NCBI GenBank assembly: GCA_016699245.1 | Contig: CP064968.1 | Coordinates: forward strand, 768,317-832,316 | DNA length: 64,000 bases | Direction of reading: 5' to 3' | Source: Candidatus Kaiserbacteria bacterium | GTDB taxonomy: Bacteria; Patescibacteriota; Minisyncoccia; Phycocordibacterales; UBA918 | Shown: positions 9,846 through 17,940 of the stretch, piece after piece | How positions within the stretch are numbered: position 1 is the first letter of the stretch | Layout of the letters: every line of letters begins with the position of its first letter | Position numbers and translations under genes: made by a program | The notes under the pieces: model-generated | Database searches by the model: none | Told to the model about the DNA's origin: nothing | Seen by the model: only the letters and a program-made list of their open reading frames with translations

Positions 9846-10334
9846 GTTCCACGTGGAACTATAATGCTTGTTTCATATGAAACAAGCATTATAGTTATTC
9901 GAAAATTACATTCTCTATGAAATTAATCTTCCCGTACTTTTCACGTGGAACTAGACGTATTGCTACAATATCAATTACGAAATCACCAAAATACTTTCTT
10001 TCATCAAGCCAGATGCTAATTGTGTTTTTTAACTTCTTTTGCTTATATGCATGCACATTCTCCTCAGGGCGCCATGTTTTATGTGAAACTGCTCTTTCTA
10101 GATCACTCATTGTTTCATATGAAACAGTCTTTACTTCAATAAAATGGACCTTGCCACTAGTTTCACGTGCAACAATGTCGATTTCACCGCATTTTTTATT
10201 ATAGTTTCTCTCAACAAGAGTAAGGCCTTTCCGCCTAAGCCAATTTGCAGCAATTTCCTCTCCCATTTCCCCAATTTCGTTGTGTTTAGCCATGTTTCAT
10301 ATGAAACTACATGTAAATTTGTTCCACGTGGAAC
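9846..10334. mobile_element. Cassette carrying yraN, bounded by compound palindromic terminal inverted repeats (GTTCCACGTGGAAC plus GTTTCATATGAAAC)
   Basis: Left end at 9846-9893 and right end at 10294-10334 carry the same two 14-bp palindromes in mirrored order; internal copies or variants occur at 9940, 10112 and 10159. Confidence 0.35.
9895..10293 (-). CDS. yraN: YraN-family (UPF0102) predicted endonuclease
   Basis: Motifs GEEIAANWLRRKG, GEIDIVARE and HFIEVKT, which are typical of YraN/UPF0102. Confidence 0.7.
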   Translation of the reverse strand: MAKHNEIGEMGEEIAANWLRRKGLTLVERNYNKKCGEIDIVARETSGKVHFIEVKTVSYETMSDLERAVSHKTWRPEENVHAYKQKKLKNTISIWLDERKYFGDFVIDIVAIRLVPREKYGKINFIENVIFE

Positions 10335-10931
10335 CATTTTAAGTAAATTGCTTAGAATTTGAGCAGAAACTATATTTAAAGCCGTTTTTTAAAGACATTG
10401 CTCTTTTATGTATTTGTCCTTTATACACATATCCACCTGCTTTTCCCCAGTTTTTGGATTTTTTGATTATTTTTGTCGATATGTCCTTTATATTGAAGAT
10501 AGTGTCTTTTATAATGTATTAGCCTAGTTTATCATCATAACTAAACTTAAGTCTTGCACACTGTGCACTATCTTCTACGATTTGGAAGTTTGTGGCCGGG
10601 GAGAATCGGTGTCCAATTCTAATTCGTTGACTCTGGTTTACTTATGATTTTCTAATTGTATCTTTGGTTCTATAATTTGGGGTCAAGTTTCTAAATTCAC
10701 TTCGTTCATTAAGAACTTCCTCCCCGAACTCGTCTGTTTTTGCATTATGAATAGTTTCGTCTCAAAATCTATTGTGAGTAAGATTTTGAGACAGACTCAG
10801 AAAATATAGTCGCTCCCGCTTCTTATTTTCTGGCCACATGACTCCGTTTCACACACAAGATCAAAAGCAAAGCAGTTTGCTTTCTAACGAAAAAACACCA
10901 TTTATTCAATGGTGTTTTTTCGTTTCTTGTG

Positions 10932-10956
10932 TGTGCGACCAGGGGTAATCGAAAAC
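10932..10956 (-). repeat. Partial duplicate of the 3' end of tRNA-Gly(GCC) (tgtgcgaccaggggtaatcgaaaac), with a terminator hairpin at 10896-10928
   Basis: 23/25 identity to 11078-11102; the same tRNA-end-plus-hairpin unit architecture as downstream of tRNA-Pro. Confidence 0.5.
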
Positions 10957-11079
10957 ATACTGTTTCAGTACACCTTTTGGCCTAATTCGCTCGTGTCCTC
11001 GCAATTTGGCTCAAAAGCTCTTTCGATTACCCATGCAAAATTAAAAAGACCAGGGGAAACCCTGATCTTTTTTAATTTG

Positions 11080-11150
11080 TGCGGCCAGGGGTAATCGAAA
11101 CCCCGACTAGTGCTTGGCAAGCACTCGTTATACCACTTAACCATGGCCGC
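11080..11150 (-). tRNA. tRNA-Gly (anticodon GCC)
   Basis: Clean cloverleaf: GCGGCCA acceptor, GTTA/TAAC D-stem, AGTGC-TTGCCAA-GCACT anticodon arm, GGGGT-TTCGATT-ACCCC T-arm; CCA is not encoded. Confidence 0.85.
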
Positions 11151-11156
11151 ATGTAA

Positions 11157-11819
11157 TCAATACTCTTTTTCAGCGAGTGTTACCCATTTGAGTAGTGTTC
11201 GCTTTAAAATTGTATTCCCGATTATAGTATTTCCTACTCCATCATGCAACGTCTGAATTGTATTTTGTTTTTCTAATACTTGATAGCGATGAAACTGAGT
11301 AATTGGAACACGAATTGAACGTGACCAGATGCGTGAAACTTTTTCTGGGGAGTGGGTAGGGTAGAGAAGGAGCCAAAATCGTATATTTTCCCGTGGAACG
11401 CCGAGATATTCTTGCATAAACGTAATAAAAATACGGTGAGCCGACTTTCGTGATGTGGAGATTCGTATCTGATTACTTAATGAGCAGTCACCAAGGGCTG
11501 CATAGAGCATTATCCCTGCAATAAAGGCAGGGAAGTGCTTGTAATGCTTGAAAGATATTGTTGCACTCCGTTCTGCTTCTGCATATTGTTTCTTGAGTTG
11601 GTTGCTGCGCGCTTTATTCAGTAATCCAATACGTTTGCCATTTTCCTTTGAGGTACGTTTCTTATTGTCATTGGTAACAGAAATTGACCATGTTTCATGT
11701 GAAAGCCAGATACTTACGGTACTTTTTGAGACACCCACAACATGCGCTATCTCGGTATAGGTAAAACCACGCTTACGCAATCTGCATGATTCTTCGTACT
11801 GAGCAGATTTACGTATCAC
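11157..11819 (-). CDS. HTH-domain protein with a LAGLIDADG-like motif (paralog 2 of 3); ends 6 bp upstream of tRNA-Gly(GCC)
   Basis: HTH (LRKRGFTYTEIAHVVGVSKSTVSIWL); motif FIAGIMLYAALGD; homologous to the ORFs at 3806..4546 and 12316..12993. Confidence 0.6.
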   Translation of the reverse strand: MIRKSAQYEESCRLRKRGFTYTEIAHVVGVSKSTVSIWLSHETWSISVTNDNKKRTSKENGKRIGLLNKARSNQLKKQYAEAERSATISFKHYKHFPAFIAGIMLYAALGDCSLSNQIRISTSRKSAHRIFITFMQEYLGVPRENIRFWLLLYPTHSPEKVSRIWSRSIRVPITQFHRYQVLEKQNTIQTLHDGVGNTIIGNTILKRTLLKWVTLAEKEY

Positions 11820-12180
11820 AGTATGAGTATAATATATACTTCGTCAATTGTTCGATTTGAGGTGTGTAGAAGCTGGGTTTTAGGTATACAGGTACTTAGT
11901 TGGACTCGTCCCGCTTTTTGACCAATTTTTCTTGAGACTGAACGGATTTAGAAAAATGTAAGGTGAATTGCGAAGCAAGAGAAGATACCCTGGGGTAGAA
12001 ATACTCTTGTGGTGCTAACTCACTACATTTTGTGGTCACGAGTTGCTAAGTGTAATCAAACACTTCGTGTTGATTACACTAAGCACTCTCGACCCCAGCT
12101 CGTGGTTTTTCTTCTTTGTGGAAGAAAAACATCACTCCGCCTTGCACAAAAGCCGAACGCAAAGCCTTTTGCGTTCTAAA

Positions 12181-12216
12181 CTAAAAGCCCATTTTCTTAA
12201 GAAAATGGGCTTTTAG
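12181..12216 (-). terminator. Perfect palindromic terminator hairpin directly downstream of tRNA-Arg
   Basis: ctaaaagcccattttcttaagaaaatgggcttttag; three more hairpins follow at 12040-12180. Confidence 0.55.
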
Positions 12217-12226
12217 TTTACTTTTG

Positions 12227-12299
12227 TGCACCCGGAGGGACTCGAACCCCCAACCCTTTGTTCCGAAGACAAATACTCTATCCGTTGAGCTACGGGTGC
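12227..12299 (-). tRNA. tRNA-Arg (anticodon TCG)
   Basis: Cloverleaf: GCACCCG acceptor, GCTC/GAGT D-stem, TTTGT-CTTCGGA-ACAAA anticodon arm, GGGGG-TTCGAGT-CCCTC T-arm; CCA is not encoded. Confidence 0.75.
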
Positions 12300-12315
12300 A
12301 GATTTTATGAGCATA

Positions 12316-12993
12316 CTATTCTTTGAGATAAGAATCAACCAACATTTTCTGCCAAAACTTCATTTTGAGTAGTAGTTCTTTACTCCTCCTGACCTCGATG
12401 CGAATACACCCCTTATATAGCGGGCGCTTTTTAATTCCGCGACCACCTGGCTTATAGATAGTTTTTTTGAACTGGTCTTTATGTATATTAAGTTTATTTT
12501 TCCACCACTCTTCACAATTTTCGTGTGCGTACAATTTATGTATGAAAAGACGAAAATGCAAATCAGAGTGTTTAATTTCAATAAATCTTTCTAACCACAA
12601 AATCATTACTTGAATCATGTCATCGTCTGAGTTTATAAAACTCCATTGATTGACACGTTTTGCTCCCTCAGCCCAATATAGAGAAATGCCACAATGAAAA
12701 AATGTATCGTGTTTGTATTGTTGAAACACTTTTTGTGCTTCTTCAAGAAAAACTTGTTCACGAGCAAGACGTCTTTTTCTTAATTCGCTTGCTGCGTTAA
12801 TTCGTCCCCGCGTTATGTTTGAATCTTTGCGATGTTTAAGCACCTTCCTTTCATCCTCAGTAAGTGGTAAGTCTTTGAGCCAAAGCGACAATGAACTCTT
12901 TGCAACATTAACTTCTTTTAAAATTTCATTATATGAGCAACCTTTTCTGCGAAGTTGTATAGCTCGATCTTTCTCTTGAACTAATGTTTTCAT
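12316..12993 (-). CDS. HTH-domain protein with a LAGLIDADG-like motif (paralog 3 of 3); ends 16 bp upstream of tRNA-Arg
   Basis: HTH (LRRKGCSYNEILKEVNVAKSSLSLWL); motif FFHCGISLYWAEGAKR; homologous to the ORFs at 3806..4546 and 11157..11819. Confidence 0.6.
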   Translation of the reverse strand: MKTLVQEKDRAIQLRRKGCSYNEILKEVNVAKSSLSLWLKDLPLTEDERKVLKHRKDSNITRGRINAASELRKRRLAREQVFLEEAQKVFQQYKHDTFFHCGISLYWAEGAKRVNQWSFINSDDDMIQVMILWLERFIEIKHSDLHFRLFIHKLYAHENCEEWWKNKLNIHKDQFKKTIYKPGGRGIKKRPLYKGCIRIEVRRSKELLLKMKFWQKMLVDSYLKE

Positions 12994-13074
12994 GTTTATA
13001 ACATTATATCATGGTTTGAATAACACACGGCGCAGTTGTGTACATTTCTATGTAAAACCAATACAATAGACACC

Positions 13075-14547
13075 ATGATAGTCCGCAGTGAAATACCAAA
13101 GGGAGTACAGCATGTGGCCGATATTCTCGAAAGCCATGGTTTTGAGGCGTATTTGGTGGGGGGATGCGTTCGCGATTTACTTATCGGAAAGCAACCAAAG
13201 GATTGGGATATCACCACTGATGCACATCCTAATGAAATAGAGAGTTTTTTCCCAAACACATACATCAACAATGATTTTGGTACCGTAGGAGTGGTAAACG
13301 AGGAGACTGAGGATCCGACGCTTAAAATAGTGGAGGTAACGCCATATCGTACCGAGTCTGAATATTCTGACGCACGCAGGCCAGACTCAGTAGAATTTGG
13401 GGTTTCTCTGACCGAGGACCTTAAACGACGCGATTTTACCGTAAATGCTATCGCATATCGCCTCAAAGATGAATCAATCGTTGACCTTTTTGGTGGGGAA
13501 GAGGATATCAAGCACAAGCGACTCCGTGCAGTAGGGAACCCTACCGAGCGCTTCAAAGAGGATGCACTGCGTATGATGCGTGCGGTGCGCCTTGCGGTGG
13601 AACTTGGTTTTGTGATTGAAAGTGAAACCATGTCTGCTATTACTGAAAATAGTACCAATTTAAGTCGTATTTCAAAGGAACGTATTCGCGATGAATTTTC
13701 ACGTATTCTTGAGTCAAAACAGCCAATGCAAGGGATTATTTTCCTCGAGAAATTGCAATTGCTTCAGTTTGTAGCCCCCGATCTTCTCAGGGGGATTGGG
13801 GTAGAACAAAATCAAGCACATGCTTTTGATGTATACGAGCACCTTTTGCGCACCATGCAACACGCTGCCGACAAGGATTGGGAGTTTGATATTCGCCTTG
13901 CAGGGCTCTTTCACGACATCTCCAAGCCAGAGACACGACGCTGGTCGGATGAGAAAAAGGATTGGACCTTCCATGGACATGAGGTAGTGGGTGCTAGAGT
14001 AGCGAAAAAGGCTTTGCAAGACCTTAAGTTTCCTCGTGAACGTATCGAAAGGATCGTCACACTCATCAGGTGGCATATGTTTTTCTCAGATCCAGCACAA
14101 ATCACTCTTTCTGCAGTACGCCGCACTATTGCGAATGTAGGGCAGGAGAATATATGGGACCTCCTCAAACTCCGCAGATGTGACCGAATTGGCACGGGAA
14201 GGCCAAAAGAACAGCCTTTCAGGCTCCGGAAGTACACTGCCATGGTGGAAGAAGCACTTCGTGACCCTATTTCAGTGAAGATGCTCAAGATTGATGGTTC
14301 CCGCATTATGGAACTTACGGGGGAGAAGCCGAGCAAGAAACTTGGTGACACACTAAATGCACTTCTTGAAGAAGTCCTCGACGAACCAGCAAAGAATACG
14401 ACTGAATACATGGAAAAACGTGCCCTTGAACTCATGCACATGACGGAAGCAGAGCTCGATGCCCTCGGAAAGAGTGGAAAGGAAAAGCGGGAACGAGAAG
14501 AAGCCGAAGCTGTTGCAGAATTACACAAAAAGCATAAGGTGGACTAG
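13075..14547 (+). CDS. cca: CCA-adding tRNA nucleotidyltransferase with an HD domain
   Basis: Pol-beta NTase motif LVGGCVRDLL..DWD; HD motif LFHDISKPE; the start is probably the internal Met at 13075 rather than 13036. Confidence 0.75.
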   Translation: MIVRSEIPKGVQHVADILESHGFEAYLVGGCVRDLLIGKQPKDWDITTDAHPNEIESFFPNTYINNDFGTVGVVNEETEDPTLKIVEVTPYRTESEYSDARRPDSVEFGVSLTEDLKRRDFTVNAIAYRLKDESIVDLFGGEEDIKHKRLRAVGNPTERFKEDALRMMRAVRLAVELGFVIESETMSAITENSTNLSRISKERIRDEFSRILESKQPMQGIIFLEKLQLLQFVAPDLLRGIGVEQNQAHAFDVYEHLLRTMQHAADKDWEFDIRLAGLFHDISKPETRRWSDEKKDWTFHGHEVVGARVAKKALQDLKFPRERIERIVTLIRWHMFFSDPAQITLSAVRRTIANVGQENIWDLLKLRRCDRIGTGRPKEQPFRLRKYTAMVEEALRDPISVKMLKIDGSRIMELTGEKPSKKLGDTLNALLEEVLDEPAKNTTEYMEKRALELMHMTEAELDALGKSGKEKREREEAEAVAELHKKHKVD

Positions 14548-14632
14548 GTAATATGGTTCGAAAGGAACTCTATTACCACTAAGCCTGTCGTAAAACAATG
14601 ACTTTTCAGCCCCAACCTGCTAAAGTTTTGGT

Positions 14633-15163
14633 ATGAGTGTTGTACCAAAAATAATTCTGGTTGGGGGTCCCCAAGCAACGGGGAAAACTACTTTAGCCAA
14701 AGGCCTTTCGTCTCGATTGGATATACCTTGGATTTCGACAGACCAAATACGAGCAATTTGTGGCATTACCCCTAAAGGGAAGGATTCGTTGATGGAAGAA
14801 ATAGAAAACAATGAAGATGTTTGGAAAGGGGTGGAGCGTTTCATTAAAAGCCCATTCCCGTGGGAGGCTGTGATTGTTGAAGGGGTGGCCATTCTTCCGC
14901 ATCTTGTTGCTTCGCTTGATATTAAAGTTAGTCCGATATTTATTATTGATACGGATGAGAAAAGGATTGCTGAGACAATTTACCAAAGAAGTTTACTTCT
15001 CTGGATACAGACAAAGACAGAGGAACAGCAGCGAAAAAGGGTTGCGTATATCATCGAGTTCAATAATTTTATAAAAAGTGAGGCAGAAAAATACAATTTT
15101 CCAATAATAGAAGTTTCGAAATCAAATCAAGATATTGAAAGAATAATGGAAATGCTTGGTTAA
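14633..15163 (+). CDS. P-loop NTPase/kinase (AAA_33 or 2-phosphoglycerate kinase-like)
   Basis: Walker A motif GGPQATGKTT. Confidence 0.5.
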   Translation: MSVVPKIILVGGPQATGKTTLAKGLSSRLDIPWISTDQIRAICGITPKGKDSLMEEIENNEDVWKGVERFIKSPFPWEAVIVEGVAILPHLVASLDIKVSPIFIIDTDEKRIAETIYQRSLLLWIQTKTEEQQRKRVAYIIEFNNFIKSEAEKYNFPIIEVSKSNQDIERIMEMLG

Positions 15164-15180
15164 GAGACAGAAGGAAGACA

Positions 15181-15444
15181 CTACTCGTATAACTCACTAT
15201 GGCTTCCAATAGCCGTGAATATTACAATGTCTCCATCGAGATCCTTAAAAACTACACGAATATCCGCATTCACGTTAAAACTCTTATATCCCTCTAGACT
15301 TCCATGAAGTTCATGCACATGAAGCAAAGAATCGGCTCTGTTCTCAAGAAATACGTCTCTTCGTAACCGAAATGCCTCCTGAATACTTCGTGGTAACTTG
15401 CGAAATTGTTTCAGGAACTTCTTGTGGATAATCACTTGTATCAT
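15181..15444 (-). CDS. yafQ: Type II toxin, RelE/ParE superfamily (YafQ-like)
   Basis: 87 aa; C-terminal IGSHSELY resembles the YafQ motif GSHSDLF; overlaps the upstream antitoxin gene by 4 bp. Confidence 0.65.
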   Translation of the reverse strand: MIQVIIHKKFLKQFRKLPRSIQEAFRLRRDVFLENRADSLLHVHELHGSLEGYKSFNVNADIRVVFKDLDGDIVIFTAIGSHSELYE

Positions 15445-15734
15445 GTATTCTTTTTATCGAACAGATATGCATCCATATCTTTTGCATTTGTAAACACAGG
15501 AGAAAGATTCTTACCAGTCTTAAGATCTTCTTCTACTTCTTTAATGATTCCTTCTAGATAGGGGGTCATTTTATACCCTGCAGAGAACTGTACAGAGCGA
15601 GTACGAATAAACTGCTTGAGTGAGGCAGTGATGAAGGAGGAAAGGGTAAAACCAAGCTCTTCGGCGAGTTTTTGAGCCTCCTCTTTGACTTTTTTATCTG
15701 TTTTGATATTTATCATGGTTGTTTTCATATCCAA
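15441..15734 (-). CDS. dinJ: Type II antitoxin, RelB/DinJ family
   Basis: N-terminal MINIKTDKKVKEEAQKLAEELGFTLSSFI resembles the DinJ ribbon-helix-helix domain; forms an operon with the yafQ-like gene. Confidence 0.6.
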   Translation of the reverse strand: MDMKTTMINIKTDKKVKEEAQKLAEELGFTLSSFITASLKQFIRTRSVQFSAGYKMTPYLEGIIKEVEEDLKTGKNLSPVFTNAKDMDAYLFDKKNT

Positions 15735-16308
15735 AGTATATACTTTGGATGTATAGTGTCAACTTGAGGTGTGGCCTTGCCAGACCTTCTCGCAAAATAC
15801 AATAAAAAAAGCCCGTGGGATTGATAGCCGAGATGAATCTCTGCGCCCAATCCGACGGGCTTTGTTTGGTAGGGTGGTCTGTTCTCGTCTGAGTCAAAGT
15901 GGAACATAAGGTTCCAGTGGATGTACCAGATGGTACTGTATCCTAAGTGTGACTCCTTAAATTAGTTTTGGTGAATCTTGTCTGAATCATGTAAATTCAG
16001 TGCTTTCATCACCGAGTGTGATGTACTAAGAGTTTTTTTGGAGGTATTAACTCAATTTTATAATGTGCTCTTTAAGGGGTATCTCTCCGATGAGAGTTAC
16101 CTGCTCGCCCTTTCTGGGCCTATCACTATAGTATGTCCTTTATAATTGAGTGTAAAGGACATACCTGTGTATAAGTGTGGATAACAAAATAATCATGTCC
16201 TTTATAAAAGACAAAATTTATAATTGTAATTCCAATTATATTTTGAGCCGTATAATTCACATGCCTTTACAGTGAATTGACACATTTATATTTCGTGTGA
16301 TTGTATTT

Positions 16309-17109
16309 CTATAAATCCACTGCTATTTCTAGCGAAACAGGGCAGTGATCGCTCCCTAAAACTTCCGGATGTATGTGTGCCTTTTGTATCATCGGCACGA
16401 GTTCTTTTGACGCCATGACGTAGTCAATTCTCCAACCCACATTTCGCTCTCGTGCTGCGCCCCAGTGTGACCACCATGTGTAAAATCCATTTCCTTGTGT
16501 AAACAGTCGGAACGAATCTTGGAAGCCCGAACTCATCATTGCATCAAAGCCTGCTCGCTCTTCGAGAGTGAAACCTTTGTTACCTTCGTTTTCTTTTGGT
16601 CGCGCGAGGTCATCTGCAGTATGTGCAACATTGAAATCTCCACAAAAAATGACTGGTTTAATTTTTGCGAGGCTATTCATGTACTCAAGATATGCTGGGT
16701 CCCAATTCTTTTCACGCATCGGAATACGGGTGAGATCATCTTTTGCATTCGGTGTATACACGGTACTGACGTAAAATGGCTCAAATTCTAATGTTATTAC
16801 GCGACCTTCTTTGGTAGTGTCTCCATATGAGTCACTGAGTGCATATTTTTGTGCTATTTCGTCTGGAATACCGTAGACAGTATTAAGTGGTTCATACTTT
16901 GTGAAAATAGCAGTGCCCGAGTACCCCTTTTTCTCTGCTGAACACCAATACTCTTCGTAATTCGGCAAATCGATTTCCACTTGGTCTTTCTGTGCTTTTG
17001 TCTCCTGAATGCAGAGGATATCCGGGTCGTACTTACTCAAAAACCTTTCAAAGTCGCCCTTTTTTAACACTGCGCGTATGCCGTTTACGTTCCATGAGAA
17101 AATTTTCAT
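16309..17109 (-). CDS. xth: Exodeoxyribonuclease III (AP endonuclease)
   Basis: MKIFSWNVNGIRA..DILCIQETK and other ExoIII/APE1 family motifs. Confidence 0.85.
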   Translation of the reverse strand: MKIFSWNVNGIRAVLKKGDFERFLSKYDPDILCIQETKAQKDQVEIDLPNYEEYWCSAEKKGYSGTAIFTKYEPLNTVYGIPDEIAQKYALSDSYGDTTKEGRVITLEFEPFYVSTVYTPNAKDDLTRIPMREKNWDPAYLEYMNSLAKIKPVIFCGDFNVAHTADDLARPKENEGNKGFTLEERAGFDAMMSSGFQDSFRLFTQGNGFYTWWSHWGAARERNVGWRIDYVMASKELVPMIQKAHIHPEVLGSDHCPVSLEIAVDL

Positions 17110-17195
17110 ATGATACCCAGTGTATCAAACACCACAATTGTGCGCGAATATAAAACATCCACTGCATACGTAGTATGTGTGGATGTTTTGTTGCA

Positions 17196-17681
17196 TTACG
17201 CAAATGTCATCTGCTCAGGTGAACTATGCGTAATCAAAAGCCGTACTATGTCATCTCGAGACGGGAACTGTTCCTCGTAGGGGACAACAATAACTCGTGT
17301 AGCCCCTGCTTTGTGTAACGAGACGACGCCATCATTAATACAGGCTTCGGGTGTTTCTTGTGACGTGTTACATGCACTCAGCCGTTCGCGTACTTCGCTC
17401 GGCCACGTACTTGAATACTGAGAAATTGCCTGTGATGTTGGGGTACATATTCGCGATGATGCTTCACTCACTGATATCTCCTCATTCCACGGCACCTCAC
17501 TCAGAGGAAACGAAGTTGCGGCTGGCGTAACACAGAGCACTTTCCAGACTCCAGACATTGTTGAAAGTAAATCATATACTGGGTCAAGCACTTTCCTTAG
17601 AAGGATACTACAATCGAATGTTTCCCGTGTAGCACCACTCTGTGAAGTACAGAACACAATACCAAGTTTTTCTTTACTCAC
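17196..17681 (-). CDS. Hypothetical protein (weak CbiX-like resemblance only)
   Basis: 161-aa ORF with no convincing motif. Confidence 0.35.
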   Translation of the reverse strand: MSKEKLGIVFCTSQSGATRETFDCSILLRKVLDPVYDLLSTMSGVWKVLCVTPAATSFPLSEVPWNEEISVSEASSRICTPTSQAISQYSSTWPSEVRERLSACNTSQETPEACINDGVVSLHKAGATRVIVVPYEEQFPSRDDIVRLLITHSSPEQMTFA

Positions 17682-17842
17682 GCTATTCTCCCTTACATTA
17701 AAATGAACGCATTAGAACTATCAACTTCAGAGGATACGGTATGCTTGTCTTAATGTAATGTCAACTGTGGACATTTTCTTTTCGTCACAAAGCACTGTGA
17801 TACGCTACATATAGGAGATCTTAGTAATCTAAAATTCTACAT

Positions 17843-17905
17843 ATGGCAGAACGTGTTACCCACAAAAAGGAAAAAAAGAAACCAAAGAAAGGAGACAAGA
17901 AATAG
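17843..17905 (+). other. 20-codon lysine-rich mini-ORF (MAERVTHKKEKKKPKKGDKK), ending immediately before a terminator
   Basis: ATG at 17843 and TAG at 17903; A-rich codons; the ABC-F gene starts 90 nt downstream. Confidence 0.25.
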
Positions 17906-17940
17906 AAAATCGCCCGCAACTCTGTTGCGGGCGACTTTTC
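17906..17940 (+). terminator. Rho-independent terminator or attenuator (tcgcccgcaa-ctctg-ttgcgggcga plus T-run)
   Basis: 10-bp GC-rich stem followed by cttttc; lies between the mini-ORF and the ABC-F start. Confidence 0.55.

Noticed and set aside
12996-13658. 220-aa minus-strand ORF overlapping the start of the CCA-enzyme gene
   Set aside because: It is a Ser/Arg-rich low-complexity translation, antisense to a well-supported gene, with no motif. It is a typical shadow ORF.
13911-14528. 205-aa minus-strand ORF inside the CCA-enzyme gene
   Set aside because: Antisense shadow ORF with Ser/Arg-rich low-complexity sequence.
16170-16186. Perfect DnaA box TGTGGATAA near xth
   Set aside because: It is a single isolated box far from dnaA, with no cluster and no AT-rich DUE. 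The origin is better placed at 54.3-56.2 kb.
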